This document shows positions 49,439 to 58,495 of a stretch of DNA of 64,000 nucleotides, in pieces. Position 1 is the stretch's first letter; every line of letters begins with the position of its first letter. The stretch covers positions 445-64,444 of the forward strand of contig JBKQUS010000136.1 of assembly GCA_052325505.1 (NCBI GenBank). Reading direction: 5' to 3'. Position numbers and translations under genes: made by a program. Origin of the DNA: Limisphaerales bacterium. GTDB taxonomy: Bacteria > Verrucomicrobiota > Verrucomicrobiia > Limisphaerales > Palsa-1400. Under the pieces are notes generated by a model, which searched no databases, was not told where the DNA came from, and was given only the letters and a program-made list of their open reading frames with translations.

Positions 49439-50233
49439 TCAATCTGGTATCGGATATTTTTTCAAGCGGGTTAACTGGCAAAAAACCCGCGCGACAAAGA
49501 GGGGATTATTCTTGACATAGCGCTTCCACAACCGCCTCGGCTCGCAGCAAAGCCGGAAAAACCATTCCAGCCCGGTACGCTGCATCCAGCGTGGCGCCTG
49601 GCGGACTGTTCCGGCAAGAAAATCAAAGGCCGCCCCCACGCCGAACATCAATGTCACATCCAGTTTTGGCAGGGACGCCGCCATGAAACGCTCCTGTTTG
49701 GGCGTGCTCAATCCGACCCAGATCGCATCCGGCTGGGTTTGGCGGATCGTTTCCTGGAGCGCCGCCTCTTCCTGCTCATTCAACGGCCGGAACGGAGGTT
49801 CGTATGTTCCCGCGACTTGCAACTTGGGAAATCTCTCCAGCAATTTTTCCCGCAACTTCTGCGCCGTCCCGGCCGCCCCTCCGTAAAAGAAATGGCGCCA
49901 GCCCATTTGTTCGGACAGGGCCATGACCGCGAGCATAAGGTCCGGGCCATAGACGCGGGTCATGTGTTTTTGCCCCCGCAGCCACCCCATCCAGACCAGC
50001 GGCATGCCGTCGGGCGTGCAGAGAAATGCCCGGTTGAGGATTTGCCGAAGCTCCGGATCCGACTGCGCCTCGGACACGCCATGCACGCCTGTAATGCAAA
50101 TATAGCCCTTCTCCTTTTTCTCCAAGGCGCGCCGGATGCCGGCCACCGCCATGTCCAGGCTGATGGCGCTGATGCCGACCCCCAAAACATTGATACGGGC
50201 GATCGTGGGGAGAGTGGGGGAAACAGTCGGCAT
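49439..50233 (-). CDS. WecB/TagA/CpsF-family glycosyltransferase (GT26)
   Basis: INVLGVGISAISLDMAV...ICITGVHGVSEAQ...LCTPDGMPLVW. ATG 50233 forms an ATGA overlap with the upstream GT2 stop. Confidence 0.9.
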   Translation of the reverse strand: MPTVSPTLPTIARINVLGVGISAISLDMAVAGIRRALEKKEKGYICITGVHGVSEAQSDPELRQILNRAFLCTPDGMPLVWMGWLRGQKHMTRVYGPDLMLAVMALSEQMGWRHFFYGGAAGTAQKLREKLLERFPKLQVAGTYEPPFRPLNEQEEAALQETIRQTQPDAIWVGLSTPKQERFMAASLPKLDVTLMFGVGAAFDFLAGTVRQAPRWMQRTGLEWFFRLCCEPRRLWKRYVKNNPLFVARVFCQLTRLKKYPIPD

Positions 50234-50979
50234 CAGGAGAGGGCATTGTATTTGAAGATGCACCACAGCGCCCAGACCCCGTCCCGCCAGGAAATCTTTT
50301 TGCCGTCGGCGTACGTTCTTCCGTAATAAGAAATGGGAACTTCGTAAATGCGAATGCCATGGACGCGACGCACCTTGGCCACGATCTCAGGCTCAAAGCC
50401 GAAGCGGTTCTCCTGTATTTTAATGCCTTGGATGACTTCCCGCCGGAAGACCTTGTAGCAGGTTTCCATGTCCGTCATGTTCAAATTGGTAAACATGTTG
50501 GAAAGAGTGGTCAGGACACAGTTTCCAAGTGAATGCCAGTAGTAAAGAACGCGCGTGGGGCCGCCCCCGGCGAAGCGGGTCCCGTATACTACGTCGGCTT
50601 TGTTGGCCAGGAGCGGCGCCAGCAGTTTGTAGTATTCCTCCGGGTTGTACTCCAGGTCCGCATCCTGCACGATGACGAAGCGGGCTTTCGCCAGAGTGAA
50701 CCCCGTTCTCAAGGCTGCTCCCTTGCCACAATTTGTCGGGTGGTGAACCACGCGGACGGCCGGGTATTCGGCCGCGATCTGGTCCGCCATTTTGCCGGAG
50801 CCGTCGGTCGAGCAATCATCCACAATGATGACCTCCTCCACAGGTCGTTGCGCGCAGACGCAACGCACGATTTCCGTGATCGTGGCCTTTTCGTTGAACA
50901 TGGGAATGACCACCGATAAACACGGGGCCACGTCCGCATTATCGAGAATGACAGGAACTTTATTGCCTGCGGGGCTCAT
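50233..50979 (-). CDS. Glycosyltransferase family 2, polyprenyl-phosphate sugar synthase-like (Dpm1-like)
   Basis: LSVVIPMFNE, IIVDDCSTDGS, VIVQDADLEY motifs. ATG at 50979. Confidence 0.9.
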   Translation of the reverse strand: MSPAGNKVPVILDNADVAPCLSVVIPMFNEKATITEIVRCVCAQRPVEEVIIVDDCSTDGSGKMADQIAAEYPAVRVVHHPTNCGKGAALRTGFTLAKARFVIVQDADLEYNPEEYYKLLAPLLANKADVVYGTRFAGGGPTRVLYYWHSLGNCVLTTLSNMFTNLNMTDMETCYKVFRREVIQGIKIQENRFGFEPEIVAKVRRVHGIRIYEVPISYYGRTYADGKKISWRDGVWALWCIFKYNALS

Positions 50980-51092
50980 CTTGATTTCTAGTCGTCGAGG
51001 TTGGATAATTCTGTTCCATCGCCAGAGGCTACCAATCGGACGGAGCTTTTGCAACACGCCATGATGGGCTGATGGGGCCTGCCACATCGCCG

Positions 51093-52697
51093 CTACCTGG
51101 CCGTCGGCGGAGGATTCATTGAATAGAGAATCACGTGCGGCGTAACGAACAAGGCCGAGAAATTCTGGTCACAATACCGGCGGAACGGGCTGTCAGGTTC
51201 GGTAAAGCCCGGCAGGTCGGCTCCGATTGCAGGAGGCGTCTTCCGCAGCGCCTGGAAAAGCCGGCCAGCCAGCGCCAGCGGCCCTCCCAAACTTTTCTCG
51301 TTGTGCCAGCTTTCTATATCCAGTATCAGGACATGGGTAAATCCGATCTTGCGCAACTCGGTGAATCGCCCGGCCATATCTTTTGGTTGATTCCAGAGCG
51401 CCAGGATGTTGCGATTCAGCCACACGACGGGAGAACAACCACAAGGATAACGGTACACCACCACGACGCGCGCCTCCGGCGGGAGAAGCTGGGCGGCGCG
51501 CTCGATGTCGGGATAGTCCGGAACGCGCGAAGTTTTCAAATCAATGGTGAAGGCCGCCGCCACCAGAACGTGCAGTATCAGCGCCGCGCCCAAAGCGACC
51601 CGCCAAGCCGCGCTGGCGCGCAGTTTATCCATCAGCCAATTGAAGCCAAAAGCCGCGGGCACCGCGCCCCAAGCCAGCATCGGCAGCATGTATTGGGGTT
51701 CGGCGATCTTGCGGACCACCAATATGACATAAAAAATGTTCGACCAGATGATGGCCCATTTGATCCGCCGATCCATTGCGGGCCGCTGCGCCCGCATGGC
51801 AAAAGCCATTCCTATAAAACCCAGCACTCCCAACCCAAACGGAAACAGGCAGCCGAGCAGGAATTTGTAAAATGAAAAACTGACCAGGCTTGTCCAGGCC
51901 CCCCGATTATTGATGATAAACAGGATCGTTGCTGAAGTGGGGGGCGCAAACCGGTAAAGCACAACGGTCCAGAGGATCAGGCCCAACAAGGGCGCCCATC
52001 CCCAAGCCAGGGTAATTTGCAAGAAGTTCCGCATGGACTGGCAATTCCTAGCAATCAGCAGCGCCGCTAAAATCGGCAGCCCAAAGGGAATCACACTGAG
52101 CTTGGCCAGAACCGCGAATAGAAAACAACCGCTTGACGCCGGTAATTTGCTCCGCAGCGCAAACCAGAAGGCCGCCAGCATCCCGGTGGTGCAGAGGATG
52201 TCCGGTATCGGCACTTGGCCGAAATGAAGTATCAGCGGTGCCATGGCCCAGATGGCGGCGCCAGCCGCTGACGGGGCCGGCGGCAGCCAAAAACGAAGAA
52301 TCCAATACAATAATTGGATGGCGATCAACGCGAAGACCGTGGAAACAAGGCGCACCACCGCGCGTTCATGGCTGGTGAACAGCGCCAGCGGCCATCCGAT
52401 CACGCCGTGAAAGGGAACTTCCTGCAGCACGGCCGTATAAGGTTGCGCCTCATAACCCTCCATGCTGTCGGATACTTTTGGCGTCACGATCGAGCGCCAG
52501 CCTTCATGGAAAACGTGCCGCGCCATCTCGAAGGTGTGGTTCTGCCGCTCGTTGTGGGCGGAAAGAAAGGGGGCGTCCAACTGCGACAGCATGATCGCCG
52601 CAAATAGAAACTGAAAGAAATGCACTGACCAGTTTGCCGGTTTTTCCCAACGACAAAAGTCTGCCTGTGAATCCCGGCCTGACACTCCCTGATACAT
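51093..52697 (-). CDS. GT-C fold membrane glycosyltransferase (ArnT/PMT-like)
   Basis: 534 aa polytopic protein next to a Dpm1-like GT2, with a C-terminal soluble domain. Confidence 0.7.
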   Translation of the reverse strand: MYQGVSGRDSQADFCRWEKPANWSVHFFQFLFAAIMLSQLDAPFLSAHNERQNHTFEMARHVFHEGWRSIVTPKVSDSMEGYEAQPYTAVLQEVPFHGVIGWPLALFTSHERAVVRLVSTVFALIAIQLLYWILRFWLPPAPSAAGAAIWAMAPLILHFGQVPIPDILCTTGMLAAFWFALRSKLPASSGCFLFAVLAKLSVIPFGLPILAALLIARNCQSMRNFLQITLAWGWAPLLGLILWTVVLYRFAPPTSATILFIINNRGAWTSLVSFSFYKFLLGCLFPFGLGVLGFIGMAFAMRAQRPAMDRRIKWAIIWSNIFYVILVVRKIAEPQYMLPMLAWGAVPAAFGFNWLMDKLRASAAWRVALGAALILHVLVAAAFTIDLKTSRVPDYPDIERAAQLLPPEARVVVVYRYPCGCSPVVWLNRNILALWNQPKDMAGRFTELRKIGFTHVLILDIESWHNEKSLGGPLALAGRLFQALRKTPPAIGADLPGFTEPDSPFRRYCDQNFSALFVTPHVILYSMNPPPTAR

Positions 52698-52780
52698 TTT
52701 TAAATCCTATTTGAACCCATTGCCAAGTCCAGATTAAACCCCCAAAATGCAAACCGTGTCATTTCCGGCATTCGCGCCTG

Positions 52781-52800
52781 TTGGGGCGGCGCAGTTGCAT
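52781..52800 (+). promoter_or_regulatory. Candidate sigma-54 promoter for the GT2-GtrA-oxidoreductase-GT-C operon
   Basis: TTGGGGCGGCGCAGTTGCAT: GG (52785-52786), N10, GC (52797-52798), with a perfect TTGCA -12 box and a weak -24 box (GGGC). Confidence 0.3.
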
Positions 52801-52924
52801 CCCGGCGGAAAGGCGGCCCAGAGCAGGCCGCAATACACTTGCAATTAGTCTCCGTTCAGGCAAGGTGGCGTCCAAACCAGGGATTCAGCCTGGAAATAGA
52901 AGAGATCGAGACAGAACAATCTGG

Positions 52925-53926
52925 ATGAAAACGATATCTGTTGTCGTACCATGCTTTAATGAAGAAGAGGTTCTGCCTCATTTGTTCTCCCGCCTGACGG
53001 CTGCGGCGGAAACATGGGGAATGCCGTTCGAGATCATTTGCGTGGATGACGGCTCGCGGGACAGCACCTGGAAGCTTCTGCGCGAGCAACAGGCCCGCGA
53101 TCCGCGCTGGCGCGGCCTTTCCTTTGCGCGCAATTTCGGCCATCAAGTGGCCGTCAGCGCCGGTCTCTATCACAGCAGCGGCGACGCCGTCCTGATTATT
53201 GACGCCGACTTGCAGGACCCGCCGGAGGAAGTGCATCGGTTGATCGGGAAATGGCGGGAAGGCTACCAGGTCGTTTATGCGGTTCGGACCAAGCGCAAAG
53301 ACAGCTTGATCAAGCGATTTCTGGCCTGGGGCTTTTACCGGGTGATGGCCAGGGCGGTGCCGTTCAATATCCCGGCCGACAGCGGCGATTTTTGTTTGTT
53401 GGACCGGAAGGTGGTGGACACGCTCAACGCCATGCCGGAGCGCAATAAATATTTGCGCGGTCTGCGCGCCTGGTGCGGATTCAGGCAAATCGGGGTTGCC
53501 TTTGAGCGCCACGCCCGCGTCGCCGGCTCCCCTCAATACACCATGAGCAAATCATTCCGCTTGGCGTTGGACGGCCTTTTTTCCTTTTCCGCGGTTCCAT
53601 TGCGCCTGGCTTCGCACCTAGGTCTACTGGTTTCGACCATTGCCCTAGCGGGAGTGGTTTTCACCTTTTGCCAGCGTGTCTTTAAGGACTTTTTCACCCG
53701 CATTGGCCTGGCGCCGGGACCCGGCTTTGCCACCATTGTCATCTCAATTCTGTTCCTGGGCGGCGTCCAATTGATCTGCCTGGGAATAGTGGGCGAGTAT
53801 CTCGGCCGCATTTATGATGAAGTCAAAGGCCGTCCCCACTGGCTCATTCAGGAAACCGCCGGAATAGAAACCAAGGCCCCTCCCGGCTCCGCTTCCGCCA
53901 TGCCTTTCCCGTCTCATTCCGGATGA
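52925..53926 (+). CDS. GtrB/ArnC-like polyprenyl-phosphate glycosyltransferase (GT2 with two C-terminal TM helices)
   Basis: ISVVVPCFNEEEVL, ICVDDGSRD and LIIDADLQDPPE motifs, then two hydrophobic C-terminal segments. Confidence 0.9.
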   Translation: MKTISVVVPCFNEEEVLPHLFSRLTAAAETWGMPFEIICVDDGSRDSTWKLLREQQARDPRWRGLSFARNFGHQVAVSAGLYHSSGDAVLIIDADLQDPPEEVHRLIGKWREGYQVVYAVRTKRKDSLIKRFLAWGFYRVMARAVPFNIPADSGDFCLLDRKVVDTLNAMPERNKYLRGLRAWCGFRQIGVAFERHARVAGSPQYTMSKSFRLALDGLFSFSAVPLRLASHLGLLVSTIALAGVVFTFCQRVFKDFFTRIGLAPGPGFATIVISILFLGGVQLICLGIVGEYLGRIYDEVKGRPHWLIQETAGIETKAPPGSASAMPFPSHSG

Positions 53927-54324
53927 AAGCCGTCATTGTTTCATTTTTGAAGAGCCGGAGACTGTTCGTGGTTTATTGCATTATTGGCGTGAGCGGCGTC
54001 ACCTTGGATTACATCAGTTTTTTTGCGCTGGTCAACTGGGTTGGGGTGTATTATCTGCTGGCCAACGTCGTCAGTTGCAGCTTGGGGATTATCAACAGTT
54101 TCCTGCTGAACAGCTTCTTCAATTTCAAAGTAAAGGACCGCTTGCTGGCCCGGTTTGTCTCCTTCTATTGCGTGGGACTGCTTGGCCTGGCCGTTTCATC
54201 GGCCCTGTTGTATGTGCTGGTCTCGCTGGCACACATCAACCCCAATTATGCCAAATTGTGGACGCTGGTGGTGGTCGTGCTCATTCAATACAATCTAAAC
54301 CGGCTCATTTCCTTCCGCAAATAA
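53923..54324 (+). CDS. GtrA-family small membrane protein
   Basis: 133 aa, 4 TM segments, FFALVNW...NSFLLNSFFNFK pattern. ATGA overlap with the upstream GT2. Confidence 0.9.
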   Translation: MKAVIVSFLKSRRLFVVYCIIGVSGVTLDYISFFALVNWVGVYYLLANVVSCSLGIINSFLLNSFFNFKVKDRLLARFVSFYCVGLLGLAVSSALLYVLVSLAHINPNYAKLWTLVVVVLIQYNLNRLISFRK

Positions 54325-54327
54325 TCT

Positions 54328-55662
54328 ATGTCCCAACCCCATCAGGAAAGTGTGGTCGTCATTGGCGGCGGCTTTACCGGCTTAACCGCAGCTCTGCGAC
54401 TGGCGCAGGCCGGACGCCACCAGTTGACGCTCATTGAGCGGGGGGATTCCCTCGGCGGCTTGGCGGGCGATTTCGCCCTGCAAGGCACCCAGATCGAAAA
54501 AGCTTATCACCATCTTTTCGGCGTTGACCGGAGCATTCTGGAATTGGTGGGCGAGCTGGGGCTGACGGAAAGCCTGATCTGGTGCGATAGTTCGGTGGGT
54601 TTGTTTTACGACGGAAAGATTTATCCATTCATGTCGCCCTGGGATATTTTGATGTTCCAACCATGCCACTTTTGGAACCGGCTCCGGCTGGGATTGGTAG
54701 CATTATATTTGAGACAAGCCAGGGATTGGCGTCCGTTCGCCGGCCAAACCGCCATTTCCTGGATGCGGCGGGCCTGTGGCCGGCAGGTCATGCAAGTGGT
54801 CTGGGAGCCGCTGCTGCGGGGCAAGTTTAATCGCTACGCCGAGGTGGTGTCCATGGCCTGGCTCTGGGCCAGGATTCATGTTCGCGCCAACTCCCGCGAT
54901 CCGGCCGCTTCGGAAAAACTCGGCTACTTCCGGGGCGGATTTGCCGTGGTCACCAACAAGCTGGAATCCGAACTGACCAAAGCCGGCGTGGTTATCCGAA
55001 AAAACACCCAGGTGGACGCGTTGAGAGTCCATCAGGGCCGCCCTTCCCTGCTCATCAACGCCCGGCAGGAATCCTTCGATCACTGTATCTTCACCGGCCC
55101 ATCATCGGCCTTCGCCCGGCTTCTTCCCGGCGAAGCGGACCCGGGTCTGGAGGCTTACCGGCGGAAGCTTCAATCCATTGATTATCTTGGAGCCATCAGT
55201 CTGGTCTTTGTTTCCAAGCAGCCCGTCGGCGATTATTACTGGCTCAACATCAGCCAGTCAGACGCGCCGTTTTTGGTGTTCATCCGCCACACCAAACTGG
55301 TGGACAAGTCGTGGTACAATGGAAATGAAGTCTATTATATCGGCTCCTATCAACCGCATGACAGCCCTCTGTTCTCCATGAGCGAGGAGGAAATCACCGC
55401 TTTGTGGTTTGGTTTTCTGAAGAAGATTATTCCTCAATTTGACCAGACCCAGGTTGTGGAGAAGCATCTTTTCAAACTCAAATACGCCCAGCATATCGTG
55501 GATACGGCGTATCAGGCCAAAATGCCGGATTACAAAACGCCGCTGCCGGGCGTTTACCTCTCCAATTTTTCACAAGTGTTTCCGGAAGATCGCGGCACCA
55601 ATTTTGCCGTGCGGGAGGGACAGCGCATCGCTGACTTGCTTTTGCAGGAAACAAAACCTTAG
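54328..55662 (+). CDS. FAD/NAD(P)-binding oxidoreductase (amine-oxidase/CrtI/UGM-type Rossmann flavoprotein)
   Basis: VVVIGGGFTGLTAALRLAQAG dinucleotide-binding motif at the N-terminus; 444 aa. Confidence 0.85.
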   Translation: MSQPHQESVVVIGGGFTGLTAALRLAQAGRHQLTLIERGDSLGGLAGDFALQGTQIEKAYHHLFGVDRSILELVGELGLTESLIWCDSSVGLFYDGKIYPFMSPWDILMFQPCHFWNRLRLGLVALYLRQARDWRPFAGQTAISWMRRACGRQVMQVVWEPLLRGKFNRYAEVVSMAWLWARIHVRANSRDPAASEKLGYFRGGFAVVTNKLESELTKAGVVIRKNTQVDALRVHQGRPSLLINARQESFDHCIFTGPSSAFARLLPGEADPGLEAYRRKLQSIDYLGAISLVFVSKQPVGDYYWLNISQSDAPFLVFIRHTKLVDKSWYNGNEVYYIGSYQPHDSPLFSMSEEEITALWFGFLKKIIPQFDQTQVVEKHLFKLKYAQHIVDTAYQAKMPDYKTPLPGVYLSNFSQVFPEDRGTNFAVREGQRIADLLLQETKP

Positions 55663-55682
55663 CTTCCTTTTCCATTGCCGCC

Positions 55683-57215
55683 ATGGAGCAGAACAACAAA
55701 GCGCCAGCGCAACCCGGCCCAGAAACATCGGAATCCCTCGGCTCCTGCCTGCCGCGCGAGTGGGCTTTGCTTTGGATCCTCGGGTTGGCGCTTATCCTGG
55801 CTGTCAGCCGACAAAGTCTCTGGATAGATGAGGGGTCCACGGCTGCCGTCTCCAGCGCAGCCTCGCCGCATGAATGCTGGCAGGAACTGCTCCGGGTCAG
55901 CGGTTCAAGCGTTCAGATGCCCTTTTACATGTTTTACATGTGGGGCTGGGTGAAACTCTTCGGCAACAGTGAATGGGCATTGCGCGCCGCGGGATTGATC
56001 TGGCTTGTGCCGGGTTTGGTTGCAATGGCATCAGGGTTTCCCCGACGCGCGCAGCGCATGGCCGTCATGCTGGTGGCGGTGACAAGTGCGTTCGCATGGT
56101 ATTACGCCGGAGAGGCAAGGCCATACGCCATGCAGTTGGGCGCCAGTTGCCTGATTTTTGCGGCGCTGCACCGGCTGGGCCGGGATGAGTTGAGCGAAAG
56201 GCAGCAGTCCCGCTGGCTCTCTGGATTTCTGTTCGGCTTTCTGATGCTCTGCGGCAGCAATTTGCTCGGCGTAATCTGGTCATTGGCAGTATTGGCCGCA
56301 GGCTTTATCCTGATTCCCCGGCGGCGCCTGCTCGACTTGTGGAAGAACGGCTGGCCGCGTTTGGTGCTGGTCTGCTTGCTCTTGTTGGTCCTGGGTGGGT
56401 TTTACCTCTGGACATTGTCCGCGGGAGCGCGAGCCACGGCAATCGGAAAAACCGACTGGAGGGCGGTCGCTTTTGTGTTTTATGAGCAACTTGGCTTGGC
56501 CGGCTTGGGGCCGGGGCGCCTGGACCTGCGCGAGGGTGGCATTGGGAGCCTGCGCGCCTACATCCTGCCGTTGGCAGGGTATGCCGTGTTGTGTGCGGTC
56601 CTGATCGTCAACGGCATCAGGGAAGCCTTGCGCTTGGAATCGGCCAGGCGGGTTCTCCTGCTCGCCTTCGCTGTGGCGTTGCCCGCGGTGATTTTGCCGG
56701 GGGTGGGTTTTGCCACGCATTTCCGGGTCTTGGGCAGGCACTTTACGCCGTTGATGCCAATTTGGTTCTGCCTCCTGGCCCTGGGTCTTGCGGCTCTTTG
56801 GAGCCGCCGCGATGGATGGATGGGAAGACCCCTGTTGGAAGCCTACCTGCTGCTCAGCCTTTGTTCCTGCCTGTCTGTCCGGTTTGCCGCCCGTCATCAG
56901 CGCGACGATTATCGCGACGCCGCCCAAACCGCCATAGATGCCTTGCGCCAGCATCAGGGGGTATGGTGGAACGCGGACAGTGCCTGCGCCCGCTATTACA
57001 AGCTGCCGCTGGATACTCAGGCGAACGGGGAAAACGCCGCTATCCAAATATACAACACTCCCGCGGCTGACCTCGCCAGACTGGCAAAACCCGACGTTGT
57101 CATTACCTCCAAACCGGACATTTTCGACGCCGACGGCGCGCTGGCTCAATATCTCGCGCGGAACCATTATCGGGCGATCGGAAAACTTCCGGCGTTTACG
57201 CTTTGGCGGGATTGA
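55683..57215 (+). CDS. GT-C fold membrane glycosyltransferase (ArnT/PMT_2-like)
   Basis: 510 aa polytopic protein; last gene of the GtrB/GtrA-like operon. Confidence 0.75.
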   Translation: MEQNNKAPAQPGPETSESLGSCLPREWALLWILGLALILAVSRQSLWIDEGSTAAVSSAASPHECWQELLRVSGSSVQMPFYMFYMWGWVKLFGNSEWALRAAGLIWLVPGLVAMASGFPRRAQRMAVMLVAVTSAFAWYYAGEARPYAMQLGASCLIFAALHRLGRDELSERQQSRWLSGFLFGFLMLCGSNLLGVIWSLAVLAAGFILIPRRRLLDLWKNGWPRLVLVCLLLLVLGGFYLWTLSAGARATAIGKTDWRAVAFVFYEQLGLAGLGPGRLDLREGGIGSLRAYILPLAGYAVLCAVLIVNGIREALRLESARRVLLLAFAVALPAVILPGVGFATHFRVLGRHFTPLMPIWFCLLALGLAALWSRRDGWMGRPLLEAYLLLSLCSCLSVRFAARHQRDDYRDAAQTAIDALRQHQGVWWNADSACARYYKLPLDTQANGENAAIQIYNTPAADLARLAKPDVVITSKPDIFDADGALAQYLARNHYRAIGKLPAFTLWRD

Positions 57216-57712
57216 GTTGGGCAAAAGGACTCTGGCAGGTCACATTCTGAAAATTCACGCGGATACTTTCGGCCCCATCCGCAGGCGAAGCTTGATAAAT
57301 TTCGTCATCCACGGTTGGAACCGGCGCCCAACAATCAGGCGGGCGGGAACGAGAGCGCCACTGCCAACAAACATCCACCAATTGTTTGCATCTTTGTGCC
57401 CACCAGCGCGCTGCACGATTCAAGTATCGACATGTATGCAACCAATTACGAAGCCGGAGAGGATAAAAAACACCATGACCGCAATCCCTCCCAAGGCCTG
57501 GATCCAAGCCAGAAACCATGCGAAAGGCGCCCTCAAAGATTGAAGGGGACCGGCAGCGTGGCAGATCAGAACCGAAGTGGCGCGATGCTGGTCCGCGCCG
57601 TTTCGGTTTGAGGTTGCGCCCCTCCAAACTGGATTGCGCTTTGACTGGCTTGGGCAGGGTTTTACCGGATTAATCATTATGCGTTTTCCGGACAAGTCAG
57701 TTTTGCCAATAT

Positions 57713-58495
57713 TCAGCGCGGGTTTATATTTTCGGCCTTCCTGATGAACTCCAGCGCGTCAACGACAGTCATAATGCGGCAGGTCTTGGCGACAATTTCC
57801 AAAACCGCTTCCAGGTACCCAGGCGTGCATCCGTAGCAGCCAGGGCGTTCACAGATTTCGTGACCGTAGAACACAAGCCAGCCTGGCTGCGCTTTGCATC
57901 CATCCACCGCCTCTTTTACGCGATCAAGCGGGTTGTTTTCAAACAAGTTCTGAATCAGCAGAAGATCCAAATCCACCCAATGCCGGTTAACCCCCACGTA
58001 AGTTCCGCGGCTGCTTGTCGCATATTTTCGCATTAGTCGCTTCAGCCGGAGGGTCACTTGCCCGCCCGGATAGGCAAAGTTGCGCAGAGTGCATCCTGGC
58101 AACATTTCCTCCGCCCGCCGCCGATTCTTGCGTATTTCTTCCTCGAATGCGCCCAGGCTCGTTTGTCTTGCGCCGACGTGCGAGTAAGTGTGGCATCCAA
58201 GCTCATGCCCTTTTCCGATCAGGGCGCTCAGATCCTCTTTGATGAAAAGATCGCCGTAGTAATCCTCAGTGCCCATCAACCCAAGAGAGACATAGTAGGT
58301 GGCGCGAGCGCCGAACCGTTCCAGGATGGGTCCCCCGTTAAGGTAGGCGGAACGGGGAAAATCGTCGAACGTAAAGGACGCAATCGGACCCGGCAAAGCC
58401 ATGCGCATCCGCCGCCGGAACACCCACTGGTGAATGCTCGGCCGGGGCGAATAGGGGCTGAGACGCCGGCGCAAAACCCGGATGACTCCACTCAT
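57713..58495 (-). CDS. Polysaccharide deacetylase (CE4/NodB family)
   Basis: FTFDDFPRS and GHELGCHTYSH motifs. ATGA overlap with the upstream FkbH-like gene stop. Confidence 0.9.
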   Translation of the reverse strand: MSGVIRVLRRRLSPYSPRPSIHQWVFRRRMRMALPGPIASFTFDDFPRSAYLNGGPILERFGARATYYVSLGLMGTEDYYGDLFIKEDLSALIGKGHELGCHTYSHVGARQTSLGAFEEEIRKNRRRAEEMLPGCTLRNFAYPGGQVTLRLKRLMRKYATSSRGTYVGVNRHWVDLDLLLIQNLFENNPLDRVKEAVDGCKAQPGWLVFYGHEICERPGCYGCTPGYLEAVLEIVAKTCRIMTVVDALEFIRKAENINPR

